From positions 93,476,676 to 93,540,455 of the forward strand of contig NC_068981.1 in the NCBI RefSeq assembly GCF_001194135.2: a stretch of DNA of 63,780 bases. The letters are read 5' to 3'. The DNA is from Octopus bimaculoides. Taxonomy: Eukaryota. The translations under genes and the position numbers were made by a program. The notes under the pieces are model-generated. The model made no database searches, was not told the origin of the DNA, and saw only the letters and a program-made list of their open reading frames with translations. Shown piece by piece: positions 1 to 10,860 of this stretch (positions are counted from its first letter, which is position 1; every line of letters begins with the position of its first letter).

Positions 1-274
1 ACAGTAATGTTCTCGTATAAAAAGAGGGGAGGACAGTTTAGGTTTAGCCGTGGAAAGAAAAGCCTACGGAAAAGACCACGGTAATCTTAGTCAATGTTGT
101 CATTGTTATTGAAGGAACTATAACAGTAAGTGACTCTCTTTTGCCTTTTTGTTTTTTTTTCTGGATTTTTTTACTCCTTTATAGTGTTATGCTCAAGGTG
201 GCCCCGTCATTCACACGTGCCATCCTTGCTACATTCACCCATCTTTTTTTGAAACATTCACTAGACAAGACTTA

Positions 275-293
275 GATAGACAGACAGACAGAC

Positions 294-363
<70 letters not shown>
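275..363. repeat. (TAGA/CAGA)n tetranucleotide microsatellite
   Basis: Direct reading of the gata/gaca array. Confidence 0.95.
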
Positions 364-364
<1 letters not shown>

Positions 365-2210
365 ATTAAGTCTCAATGAAACGTGGAAAAACAAGATTAC
401 GTTAAGAAAATTTTAAATGTTTTAACTGTCGCTTGCGAAAACATGATGACATTTTGAGAAAGTATAGAATGCTCCCGAGCTTGCAATTAAACAAAGTTTG
501 AGGAAATGATTAGTTTTAATTAAAGGTGGAGGTTAAATCGATGTTTAGCAGTTTGTGTGTTTGTTACTATTTATTGTTGTGTACAACGTCACTTCCGTTG
601 AATAGTTGTTATGGGCTTCCGTCTGTAAATGGTAACGGTCTTTCAGTTTCTGGAAGCTTTAATGTTAGAACTTAAGTCTGCCTTTACGTTAATTTCTTTG
701 CAGCGCGTGAAATTTCGTAATTTCAAACGGAAGAATAGTTTCGTTACAATGTATTTGTTTTAATAATTTTTAAATGTTTATAGATTTTAGGTGGAAATAT
801 TAGTTTAAATTCTATATATACTTGTTTATTCAATAGTTACGTGTTTAGTTCGAGTTTTTCCCAAGTGACAAATATTTCATGCCTTCGATTAATAATAGTT
901 ATTCAGTTTGTTCGCACTAAACTTTTCATTTATGTTATTAATTTTTCATAATTCGGATTTTTTTTTTGTCATATCTATATTATTTTATTGTATTATATTT
1001 TTATCTATATTTTTAATAGGCAATTATTCGGCTACGTTTATTTTTTTATTATTAGGCATATATCTAATAGATATTGAGCAATGCTTGTGTTTTTCCTTCG
1101 CACATGGTTTGGGGACATGATCGAAGATATATATATATATATTGTTCCACTAGTTTAAATTCGGTACGTTTTTGGTCTGGTTTCATGCGTGAGATATGTT
1201 ATTAAATGAGAAACAACATATCTATTAGTCTATATCCGCTAATTAATCGAAAGTTTTGAGATTCTAGTCCGCAGATATTTTGACGTAACTTTTTTTTCTA
1301 CTGAACCAAATTTCAAACTATTTATGCCAAAGTGTAGCTGAGGGGGTGTCCTCTTTAAAACTATTAACAGTTTGCAATTTAGTTGACAACTGAATTAGTG
1401 GTGAAGCTTGGAAGCTCCTGCGATTAACGAAATGGTGGACTTAAGAATAATATAGTGAACAATTACCGTGGTTGAATGATTAACTGAAACACGTGGATCT
1501 TTAGTATGGCTCTGGTTCTTGAACCTACTCCATATGCCACCGTTTTTCTCACCGATCTTAGTTCTATACTTATTATTCCTTATATTGTTTTTATCATTTC
1601 TGTGTATCGTTCGTTCAGCAGGCTTTGCTGAATACGTTTAGTTTGCTCGCGCTATTTTATACAGTAGCCTTTTCGGATCATATTGTCCATTATAGGAGGA
1701 ATGATTTGTTTTATAGATATCTTCTTTTAATTTCTAGCTTTATAGCTATAATTTAAAACTATTTTCTTTATATTCAATGTTATTTATAATAATAAGCAGG
1801 TTTTGGCATAATGTGCATATTACACTATTGTTTCACTCCTGCTTAATGTTTGTTGATACCCAGACAGCGTCTATATCTTTAACACCGCCGGATTAAATGG
1901 TATATCCCAGATGTCGAAATAATAATGATAACAGTTAGGCAGTTAAAAATGGGAATATGTGTTTGATATTTTTGCTCGAGAATCATTTCTATTTGGGATC
2001 TCGTTGTTCTGAGCTATCCTTCACTCTCATAAGTTTTGAGGTACCATGTGTATGGTGATTACATATACTGATATTGCTTGATTGACTTCACAGATAATCT
2101 TATAAGGCTAGAGTAATAGCTTCTAATTTTGGGAGGCTCCGTGGCATATATATATACGTGTGTGTGTGTGTGTGTGTGTGTGTGTACACACACATAGTAA
2201 ACATACATAC

Positions 2211-2242
<32 letters not shown>

Positions 2243-2539
2243 GGATGTGAGTGTGCGTATTACATACGTGCATGCTTTTGTACTTCTACATTCTTCATAA
2301 ATAGAATTCCTTTGTGACCAATAAAACAATCTATATATGAGTGTGAACGCGCGTGCTTGTATGTAGAGATATATAATGATACATAAACAGGCAGTCACAA
2401 GGCGAAGAGAGAGAGAGGGGGGAGATTGGGGGAGGAGAGGGAGGGAGGAGAGGGAGGGAGGAGAGATGCTTAGACAGATAGAAAGAAGGAGAGAGAGATG
2501 GATATGAATATCAATTCAGCAAAGATTGAATAGAATAGC

Positions 2540-2670
2540 GTCTATGCCTGATACATACATACAAACATACATACATACATACATGCATACATACATACAT
2601 ACATACATGCATGCATGCATACGTACATACATACATGCATGCATGCATACGTACATACACACACACAAAC
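2540..2670. repeat. (TACA/TGCA)n compound microsatellite, next to a GA-rich tract (2405-2500)
   Basis: Direct reading; produces the spurious MYVC ORFs. Confidence 0.9.
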
Positions 2671-3871
2671 AAACATATATAAATTGAGTGAGAGTGTGTT
2701 GCATGTAGAGGAAGTTTTAGCAGAGAAAAAGAACCTAGTTACATCGGAGAGTAGTTACTAAGAAGTTAAATAAAAATATACGCAGGTGTATAATTCGAGG
2801 ATTAGATGGTTGCGTGTATATATATTGGAGCGTTTTCCTTCGAGATAAACATTCATTTTCTTGAATGTAGCGGGGTGTACGGATTAAACAGAACGCAAAA
2901 AATAAAGGAAGGAAGACAACATCAAAAGAGATAAGAGATAGCAGAAGAGAGAGAGACAGAGAGCAGAGAATGTCACAGAGGAAGAGAAAAGACACAAAGA
3001 GAAGGTGAGTGAGAGAAAAAGAAGAAAGAAAAGGAGAGAGAGAGTGGTAGAGAGATATTGAACAATTTTAAAGGCGCATTTACAGTATAAAAAGTAGGAA
3101 TGGTATGAACTTCGTCTCTATGACAACTCGCCTACGTCATCAGTGATGGTTCAAAGTAAAATATATACGAAACAGGTGATCTAAGGTGAGATTTTATGCC
3201 ACATAACAAAGGGAATTGAAAGAAATCTTGTAAACAAAATATATGGCGAAGTTGGGCTGTAACAAATTCTTTAAATAGATGAATGAATGAATGAATAAAT
3301 AAATGAATGAATAAATAAATATATAATCACAAATAAATAAATAAATAAATAGATAAATAGATAAATAAATAAACAAGCATTCGGTTTAGGGAATGAAATG
3401 CAAACATTTTGTGGAGAAAAACATCAATGAGTGAAAGAAGGAAGGAAGGAAAACAAGCCTAAATAAGAATACAAGACAAGTCAATATAGAAGCTACTACC
3501 TGGTTGTGCGGCTTGCTAGAAATAAGTACCAGACAAGCATCACAACCTAAGTCTACCAACTTAAAATAATAAGAAAAGAGGCATTGGATAACGTAGTCCT
3601 TACATACCATTGCAAGGAAATAAGTCGAAATCTGGAACATATTTGACCATATTTGACCATATTTGATCACAGATAACTTACAGCGAAGCAACACTAGTGT
3701 ATGTATCCAAATAAGTCTTTAGTTGGTCAGCCGATCTGACAGAAATAGCAGCCAATTGTCTCTCAAATAGCACAATAGACAAGAAACTCAATGGATACAC
3801 GAAATAATGTGGTCTTAGGATACACTATATGTTTAGATTACATAGTGTGGTCAGAGTTGAAAACTTTATAA

Positions 3872-3952
<81 letters not shown>

Positions 3953-4193
3953 NNNNNNNNNNNNNNNNNNNNNNNNNNNNNNNNNNNNNNNNNNNNNNNN
4001 NNNNNNNNNNNNNNNNNNNNNNNNNNNNNNNNNNNNNNNNNNNNNNNNNNNNNNNNNNNNNNNNNNNNNNNNNNNNNNNNNNNNNNNNNNNNNNNNNNNN
4101 NNNNNNNNNNNNNNNNNNNNNNNNNNNNCTCAAAACGAATCAGTAGCGGCATAGACTTCAGAACGATAGGTTGGGAATCTCTTATCTTGGTAA

Positions 4194-4247
4194 TGCTTGC
4201 TGAAGAAGCTAAGGTTTATTTTGCCAGTGCAGAAACTAGTCCACGTG
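4194..4247 (+). ncRNA. Minimal type I hammerhead ribozyme motif (Penelope-type)
   Basis: CTGAAGA 4200-4206; A-GC...GC-A stem II; GAAA 4232-4235; palindromic CTAG; GTC triplet (cleavage after 4241); imperfect stem I TGCTTG/CACGTG. Confidence 0.65.
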
Positions 4248-4708
4248 AATCCAAATACTTAAATATATATATATTATTCAAAGGAATTCCAACTTTGTCT
4301 GTTTCTTTTTTATGTTTTTTTAATGTTTTATTTATATTCTTATAGGATATAGAATATATGGTATATATAGTAAATATAGTAAAATGAAATGAAGTATTGA
4401 TAGTCTTACTGAATAAATGAAATATTGAATATCAAATATTAAAGGACTACTATACTTTCTTGCATTTAGGCAATCTCCAAGGTGTCAGGTTGTGACAGGA
4501 ATGTTTCAACTGTAGTTGATTGGCTGTCTTTTTTCCTTTATATATGTTTTTGTGCACAGCAGTAGTAGTTTTTTGGCTATATTTAGAGATGATGCCAAAC
4601 CATTTTTCAATGTCTATTTTTAGAAATGATGACAGCAGTACTTTTTAGAGATTTTAGTGTTTTAGTTATAGAGATAAAATTTTTAAGCCCCAAATAAGAT
4701 TAATTTAA

Positions 4709-5458
4709 TCATTGTTTGTTAAGCTTGTGTTTGAATTTCTTAATAAAGTCCTTTTCTCTTAGTTTTCTCTCAATTTCATTCAGGTTGTAAAGTTTATGAA
4801 ATGGAAATATCATAAAAGTTTTCCGACCACATGTTGCCAGATGGTTACTCAGTGGTATTTGGCGAACTTTTGGATTTTTAATTTGTTGTCAATGCACATG
4901 CGAGCCTTCTGATAGTGCATTACCTGTCTGGCCAGCATACAGTTCTTCACAATTTGAGCATTTGATGCAGTAGATTAAATTTCTACTTTTGCAGTTCATG
5001 TCCGCGTTTGTGAATATTTTCCCTGTTTTTGTGTTCATATTTGGGCCGGTATGAATTGATTGGCATGTACCGCATCGGCTATCATTGCATTTAGACACAT
5101 TGAATGGTTGACCTTTGTTGCTAAGGTCAAACCTTGCCTTTGTTAATAACTTTTTCAAGCTTTTAGGCTGTCTGTTACTGAGAGTTATACTTTGATCTGT
5201 AATGATATTTCTCAATTCCTTACTTTGTGCAAGGATTGGTAAGTTTGCTTTAGCGATATTGAAGACGTTCTGGTGGTATGGATTGTGTGTCACAATAATT
5301 GGTATGATTTGTTCTTGTTTTTCTCTTCTTTGTGGTGTCCTCAGTTGTTGTATGGGTATTTTCAAAGCCCGCTGAATACCATTTTCTATAAGTAGTGACG
5401 GGTATATTTGTTTCAGCAGAAATTCTGTCGGTTTCATCAGGCGCTGATTTCTGGTCTT
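4709..5458 (-). pseudogene. Penelope-like retroelement ORF C-terminus (end of RT thumb region + GIY-YIG endonuclease)
   Basis: LLKQIYP...CNDSRCGTCQSI...NCKSRNLIYCIKCSNCEELYAGQTGNAL, one in-frame TGA at 4889-4891, then QQIKNPKVRQIPLSNHLATC...EKDFIKKFKHKLNKQ* (stop 4709-4711); 5' part lost in the gap. Confidence 0.85.
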
Positions 5459-6049
5459 TNNNNNNNNNNNNNNNNNNNNNNNNNNNNNNNNNNNNNNNNN
5501 NNNNNNNNNNNNNNNNNNNNNNNNNNNNNNNNNNNNNNNNNNNNNNNNNNNNNNNNNNNNNNNNNNNNNNNNNNNNNNNNNNNNNNNNNNNNNNNNNNNN
5601 NNNNNNNNNNNNNNNNNNNNNNNNNNNNNNNNNNNNNNNNNNNNNNNNNNNNNNNNNNNNNNNNNNNNNNNNNNNNNNNNNNNNNNNNNNNNNNNNNNNN
5701 NNNNNNNNNNNNNNNNNNNNNNNNNNNNNATTTACTTTACTTTATATTATACTCATTTATTGTGCTTTTAATTATTAATTTTTCTATATGTGATAGTGGA
5801 TTTTCATCGATGAGTTCTTGATAATTGGTTATTTTCCCTAAAACTATATATTTTATATATACTTTATCTTTAAGGCTCAATTTAATTTTAATTTTTTATA
5901 AATTGATTTTAATTGAGTTTTTTGCCTGTAATTTTGGATTTTGTCCCTAATATTATTATTATATATATATATATATATACACACACACATTTCCTGTGTC
6001 CTTATGTTTATGAGGGGGAGACAAGCACCTCCACCAAGCCCAGCCTGCA

Positions 6050-6092
6050 TTCAGGGTCATGTTTCTGAGTCTTTGCTCGTCATCAGCCTGAA
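6050..6092 (-). ncRNA. Minimal type I hammerhead motif, probably inactivated (U16.1->A)
   Basis: Minus strand TTCAGG CTGATGA C GAG CAAAGA CTC A GAAA CATG AC CCTGAA; perfect 6-bp stem I; palindromic CATG. Confidence 0.7.
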
Positions 6093-6179
6093 GTAGCACG
6101 ACCAGCTGGCTGAAGATGCCTGTCAATCTCTCACAAACATATATATTTCTAGTGAAATCCACATTCACAGATTACAAAA

Positions 6180-6389
6180 ATTAGAAATTATCTAATTATA
6201 AATCTCACAGAAAGACTTAAGCAGCAGTGTTACGATAAAACTGCTTTATTTAGCCCTTCCTAGGGATAAATAGCAGCAGCATGATTCCCTTATTGGGACT
6301 GTCACGTTAAGTTGACAGTATACAACTGCTTTATCGTAACACTGCTGCTTAAGTCTCTCTGTGAAATTTATAATTAGATTATTTCTAAT
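6180..6389. mobile_element. MITE-like element with ~60-bp terminal inverted repeats
   Basis: attagaaattatctaattataaatctcacagaaagacttaagcagcagtgttacgataaa vs reverse complement of the 6330-6389 arm, about 4 mismatches. Confidence 0.75.
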
Positions 6390-6522
6390 ATATATATATA
6401 TACTAGAATAAGCACCACAATAAAATTGTCCGAGGAACGGGAACCTGTGATACTGTGTGTCTGTGTATTTGCCCTGTCGGTATTTACATTGGGAGCCCTT
6501 CGCATCGAAGATCGGTGATTGT

Positions 6523-6567
6523 CGTACGCTGACGAAAGGTAAATACCCAGAAATCCGGGTCCGTGCG
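6523..6567 (+). ncRNA. Type I hammerhead ribozyme, copy 1
   Basis: CGTACG CTGACGA AAGG TAAATA CCCA GAAA TCCGGG TC CGTGCG; GUC cleavage after 6561. Confidence 0.75.
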
Positions 6568-6880
6568 TATCACGTCAGATCGACGATGGGAAAGATGACT
6601 TCCCTTTGCAAATACCAACAGAGCACAGAAAGTGTGTCAATAGACAGCTAGAGGAGATGTTCTCCTGGGGCTACAAGCTACAGTAGCATTCAGCCTTAGG
6701 GGTTAGCCGCATTTAATTGGCAAATATACTTCACGTTGACGTGCAGCTACTGTTTATACCTCGTTCAGAGATTTATTATTGCCTGTTTACACTTTTTTAA
6801 GATCAGTGAATTTTCGTCACTGCAAAAAGGATATATGTATTTGCATTGGGAGCCCTTCGGATCGAAGATAGGTGATTGTC

Positions 6881-6923
6881 GTACGCTGACGAAGGGTAAA
6901 TACCCAGAAACCCGGGTCCGTGC
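6881..6923 (+). ncRNA. Type I hammerhead ribozyme, copy 2
   Basis: GTACG CTGACGA A GGG TAAATA CCC A GAAA CCCGGG TC CGTGC; palindromic ACCCGGGT stem III; GUC cleavage after 6918. Confidence 0.8.
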
Positions 6924-8009
6924 TTATCACGTCAGATCAACGATGGGAAGGATGACTTCCCTTTGCAAATNNNNNNNNNNTTATCACGTCAGATCAACGA
7001 TGGGAAGGATGACTTCCCTTTGCAAATACCGACAGGGCACAGAAAGTGTGTTAATAGCCAGCTGGAGGAGATGTTCTCCTGCAGCTACAAGCTACAGTAG
7101 CATTCACCCTTAGGGCTTAGCCACATTTAAGTCGCAAATATACTTCACGTATATATATATATATATATATACGTATGTGTTTATATATGTGTATATATAC
7201 AGATGGGTGTGTATGTATGTGTGCGTATATGTATATGCATATATATNNNNNNNNNNNNNNNNNNNNNNNNNNNNNNNNNNNNNNNNNNNNNNNNNNNNNN
7301 NNNNNNNNNNNNNNNNNNNNNNNNNNNNNNNNNNNNNNNNNNNNNNNNNNNNNNNNNNNNNNNNNNNNNNNNNNNNNNNNNNNNNNNNNNNNNNNNNNNN
7401 NNNNNNNNNNNNNNNNNNNNNNNNNNNNNNNNNNNNNNNNNNNNNNNNNNNNNNNNNNNNNNNNNNNNNNNNNNNNNNNNNNNNNNNNNNNNNNNNNNNN
7501 NNNNNNNNNNNNNNNNNNNNNNNNNNNNNNNNNNNNNNNNNNNNNNNNNNNNNNNNNNNNNNNNNNNNNNNNNNNNNNNNNNNNNNNNNNNNNNNNNNNN
7601 NNNNNNNNNNNNNNNNNNNNNNNNNNNNNNNNNNNNNNNNNNNNNNNNNNNNNNNNNNNNNNNNNNNNNNNNNNNNNNNNNNNNNNNNNNNNNNNNNNNN
7701 NNNNNNNNNNNNNNNNNNNNNNNNNNNNNNNNNNNNNNNNNNNNNNNNNNNNNNNNNNNNNNNNNNNNNNNNNNNNNNNNNNNNNNNNNNNNNNNNNNNN
7801 NNNNNNNNNNNNNNNNNNNNNNNNNNNNNNNNNNNNNNNNNNNNNNNNNNNNNNNNNNNNNNNNNNNNNNNNNNNNNNNNATATATATATATATATATAT
7901 ATATATACTTTATATATGTATTTATATATGTGTATGCTTGCATACATACATACATGCATACATATATACATACATACTAACATACATGCATGCATACATA
8001 CATACATAA

Positions 8010-8040
<31 letters not shown>

Positions 8041-8395
8041 CAACATGCGTACATACATAAACAAATGGAAGGTGGGAAATACAAGTGTGTATTTAGATGT
8101 AGCAATCTATTTGTCTGTTCGTTATCCAATTTATGCATTTATCAATTTGTGTATACATGTGTGTGTGTGTGTGTGTGTTTGTGTGTGTCTGTCTGTCTGT
8201 GTGTCTGTGTGGCTGTCTGTGTGTATCTGTGTCTGTGTTACTGTATGTGCGTGTGTATGTGCGCGAATGTGTACAAATATACGTCATATATATATTGTGA
8301 GAGACAGACAGACACACATACAGATAGACACACAGACGGACAGAGACCGAGAGAGTTAGGGGGAGTGTGGTTAGAAGATGGAGGAATGAAAGGCA

Positions 8396-8432
<37 letters not shown>

Positions 8433-8984
8433 AGGAAAGAAAGAAATGACCAAAGAGGTACAGTGAGAGAGAGAGTTGGTCAAAAGGGATGGATGGAAGG
8501 GAGTATGGGTTGTATTTTAGAGCAGAAATATCTACTCATCTAAGGGATTTGGGTTCAATAAAGAAATAAATCAACTTTGATGTGTTTCAAACAAAAAGAA
8601 ATTCGTTCGATCAACAGATAGGAATTGATTGGTGAGAACATTCTTGGAAAATTAATTAGAAAATATTTCCAAATACTTTGAGTTGTACATAAATTGAAGT
8701 TTCAATAGATTTTTTTTTTTTTGCACTGCATATGCATCTGCAACGAAGGCACACGTGACCGCGTGATTAGATAATTTGCTTTGAAACACATGTGGCAGCG
8801 GATTCAATCTCGTCTTGCACGATTCTCTGTTATGAGTTTTCTGGCAAAGGTGATAGGTTGTGTGAAAGAATTTGTTGCGTGTGTCATGTGTACATCCATT
8901 CTTACTTGCTTATCTACCTACTTGTCTACATACATACATACATACATACATACATACATACATACACACATACACGCATACAAC

Positions 8985-9450
8985 GAAAAAAAATACCGTG
9001 TTGGAAACAGATATACGAAAATTACACGCTGCGTTTTTGTTTGTGGATGACATAAAACATTATGCAAAGAATATGCATGAGATGAAAAAGAGCCTTGGCC
9101 TGGTTACATTCTCAAAGGATGTAGGGTTGGAGTTTGGTCAGGATAAATATTGTTATATGGTTGTGAAAAAGGGGAAACTATAAACCAAACTAGTAACATC
9201 TCCATCAATGATTTGACTGTGTCCCCTGTATCTGCCGAGGAATGTTAAAAGGGTGAATGAAAACATATCTTACATTGGCACCTGTAACAAAGCACGTGTC
9301 ACTAAAAGAAAATTACAGTCGAATAAAGAAAATTTGGACCTCAGAACTCTCGGCATTCAATAAAACAGTGGTCCACAACGTGTTGGCAGTGCCAGTACTC
9401 ACACCAACATTTGGGCTACTTGAATGGAGGCTTGATGAGATCCGTGACGT
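8985..9450 (+). pseudogene. R4/Dong-clade non-LTR retrotransposon RT fragment
   Basis: FLFVDDIKHYAKN, VGLEFGQDKYCYMVVKKGKL, KIWTSELSAFNKTVVHNVLAVPVLTPTFGLLEW resemble R4/Dong RT motifs 5-7; frameshifted. Confidence 0.75.
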
Positions 9451-10014
9451 ATATCATCAAGTCTATTCTTCCTTTGATCGGGTACCTTCTGATCTCGTTA
9501 CTGGTGCGTTTCAACTCTGTCCCCCTAATGAAATTCTTTACACGCATGCACTGACACACCAGACATACAAACATCCACACACTCAGCGTAAGAGTTATAC
9601 ATATACCAAGAAAGGTGTAAGTTTTCAATATATATACATATATAGAGAGGTGTAAGTTTTCAATGAGAAAAACCTAAAAGACAGAGACAGATAGAGAGAG
9701 GTACATAGACGTGTGACTGACTTGCATTACATGTCATATCAAGTGAGAGGAGGAAGTAGCATGTACAAAGAGAATGGGAGAGAGTGCCGTAAATGTATAG
9801 AGAAGGAAAATGCGTAAAAGGCAGGGAGAGGCAGATAAACAGATAGGTAAATAATATATTTTGATTACCACTGAAAAACAACCTCTCTGGGAAGCAGATG
9901 GCGAAGGTCAAGTCCGTTTTTTCTCTCGGACAGACCATTTGGGAGCGTATCTGTGACATACACATATACAGACACGTATACCTTCTCATTTATATAGCAG
10001 AATCTACTAAGTGG

Positions 10015-10856
10015 ATAATGTTTGGAAATTTTGGTACAAGACCAGTTCTTGACTGATATTTATTTTATCGACACCGAAAGGATGAAGGGCAAAGTCAGCC
10101 TCGGCGGAATTTGAGGACCACAAAATGCCGCTATACATTTGGACCGACGTACTAAAGGTTCTGTCAGGCTGGAGTTTGGTCAGGATAAATGTTGTTATAT
10201 TTACAGGTGATAATGGATTCAAATTTTGGCACAAAGCCAGGAATTTTAGAGGGGGTCGAAGTTGATTACATCAGAACTTGTGTTTAACTGGCACTTATTC
10301 TATCGACCTCGAAAACATAAAAAAATCGGTCTTGAGGGCATTTGACTACAGAATGTAAAACCGAAAAACATGACCGCATGCATTTTTTTCCCGGTGAGCC
10401 AACGACTCTGCCAGCGACTCTGCCAACTCGCTGTCTTAGATATAGTTAATAATACCTTCAAATTTTCCTATAAGACCAGCAAGTTTAAGGAAAGGGTTAA
10501 TTGGACCACACCGACCTCAGGCAGATTAAAGGCAAAGTAGGCCTTCGCAGAATTTGAACTCAGAACGTAGACGGACGAAATGCCGCTGAGCATTTTGCCT
10601 GGCGTGCTAAATGTTCTGATAGCTCGCCCCTTAGATATAGATAATGATTTCAAATCATGGTACAGGGGCAATAATTATAAAAGAGTAGGTAAGTTGGTCA
10701 CATCAGCCCCAGTACTCAACCGTTACTTATTTTATCGACCTTGAACTATGATGGGGAAAATTGACATCAACTCCATTTGCACTCAGAGCGTACAGCCGGA
10801 AGAAATGCCGCTAAGCATTTTGTTCGGCATGCTAACGATTCCCCCCAGTTCACCGA
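10015..10856 (-). mobile_element. Four tandem, co-oriented degenerate copies of a Nin-domain-type SINE
   Basis: Repeated reverse complement of ...gagttcaaattccgccgaggtcgactttgcctttcatcc...gtcgataaa...gtaccag; approx. 10015-10168, 10212-10432, 10440-10628, 10630-10856. Confidence 0.7.
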
Positions 10857-10860
10857 GTTA

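Larger units (their letters stand above)
6402..7149 (+). mobile_element. Tandem ~357-nt hammerhead-containing repeat (non-LTR retrozyme or Penelope pLTR tandem) between (TA)n tracts
   Basis: Unit starts at 6481 and 6838; hammerhead cores at 6529 and 6886; many internal hairpins; flanked by TA microsatellites. Confidence 0.75.

Noticed and set aside
5405-5445. Minus-strand CTGATGA...GAAA
   Set aside because: Falls inside the Penelope coding frame and has no valid stems
7110-8483. Long ORFs (up to 394 aa) in the ORF track here and at other gaps
   Set aside because: They consist of N-runs and YI/CV/HT microsatellite translations; no coding signal
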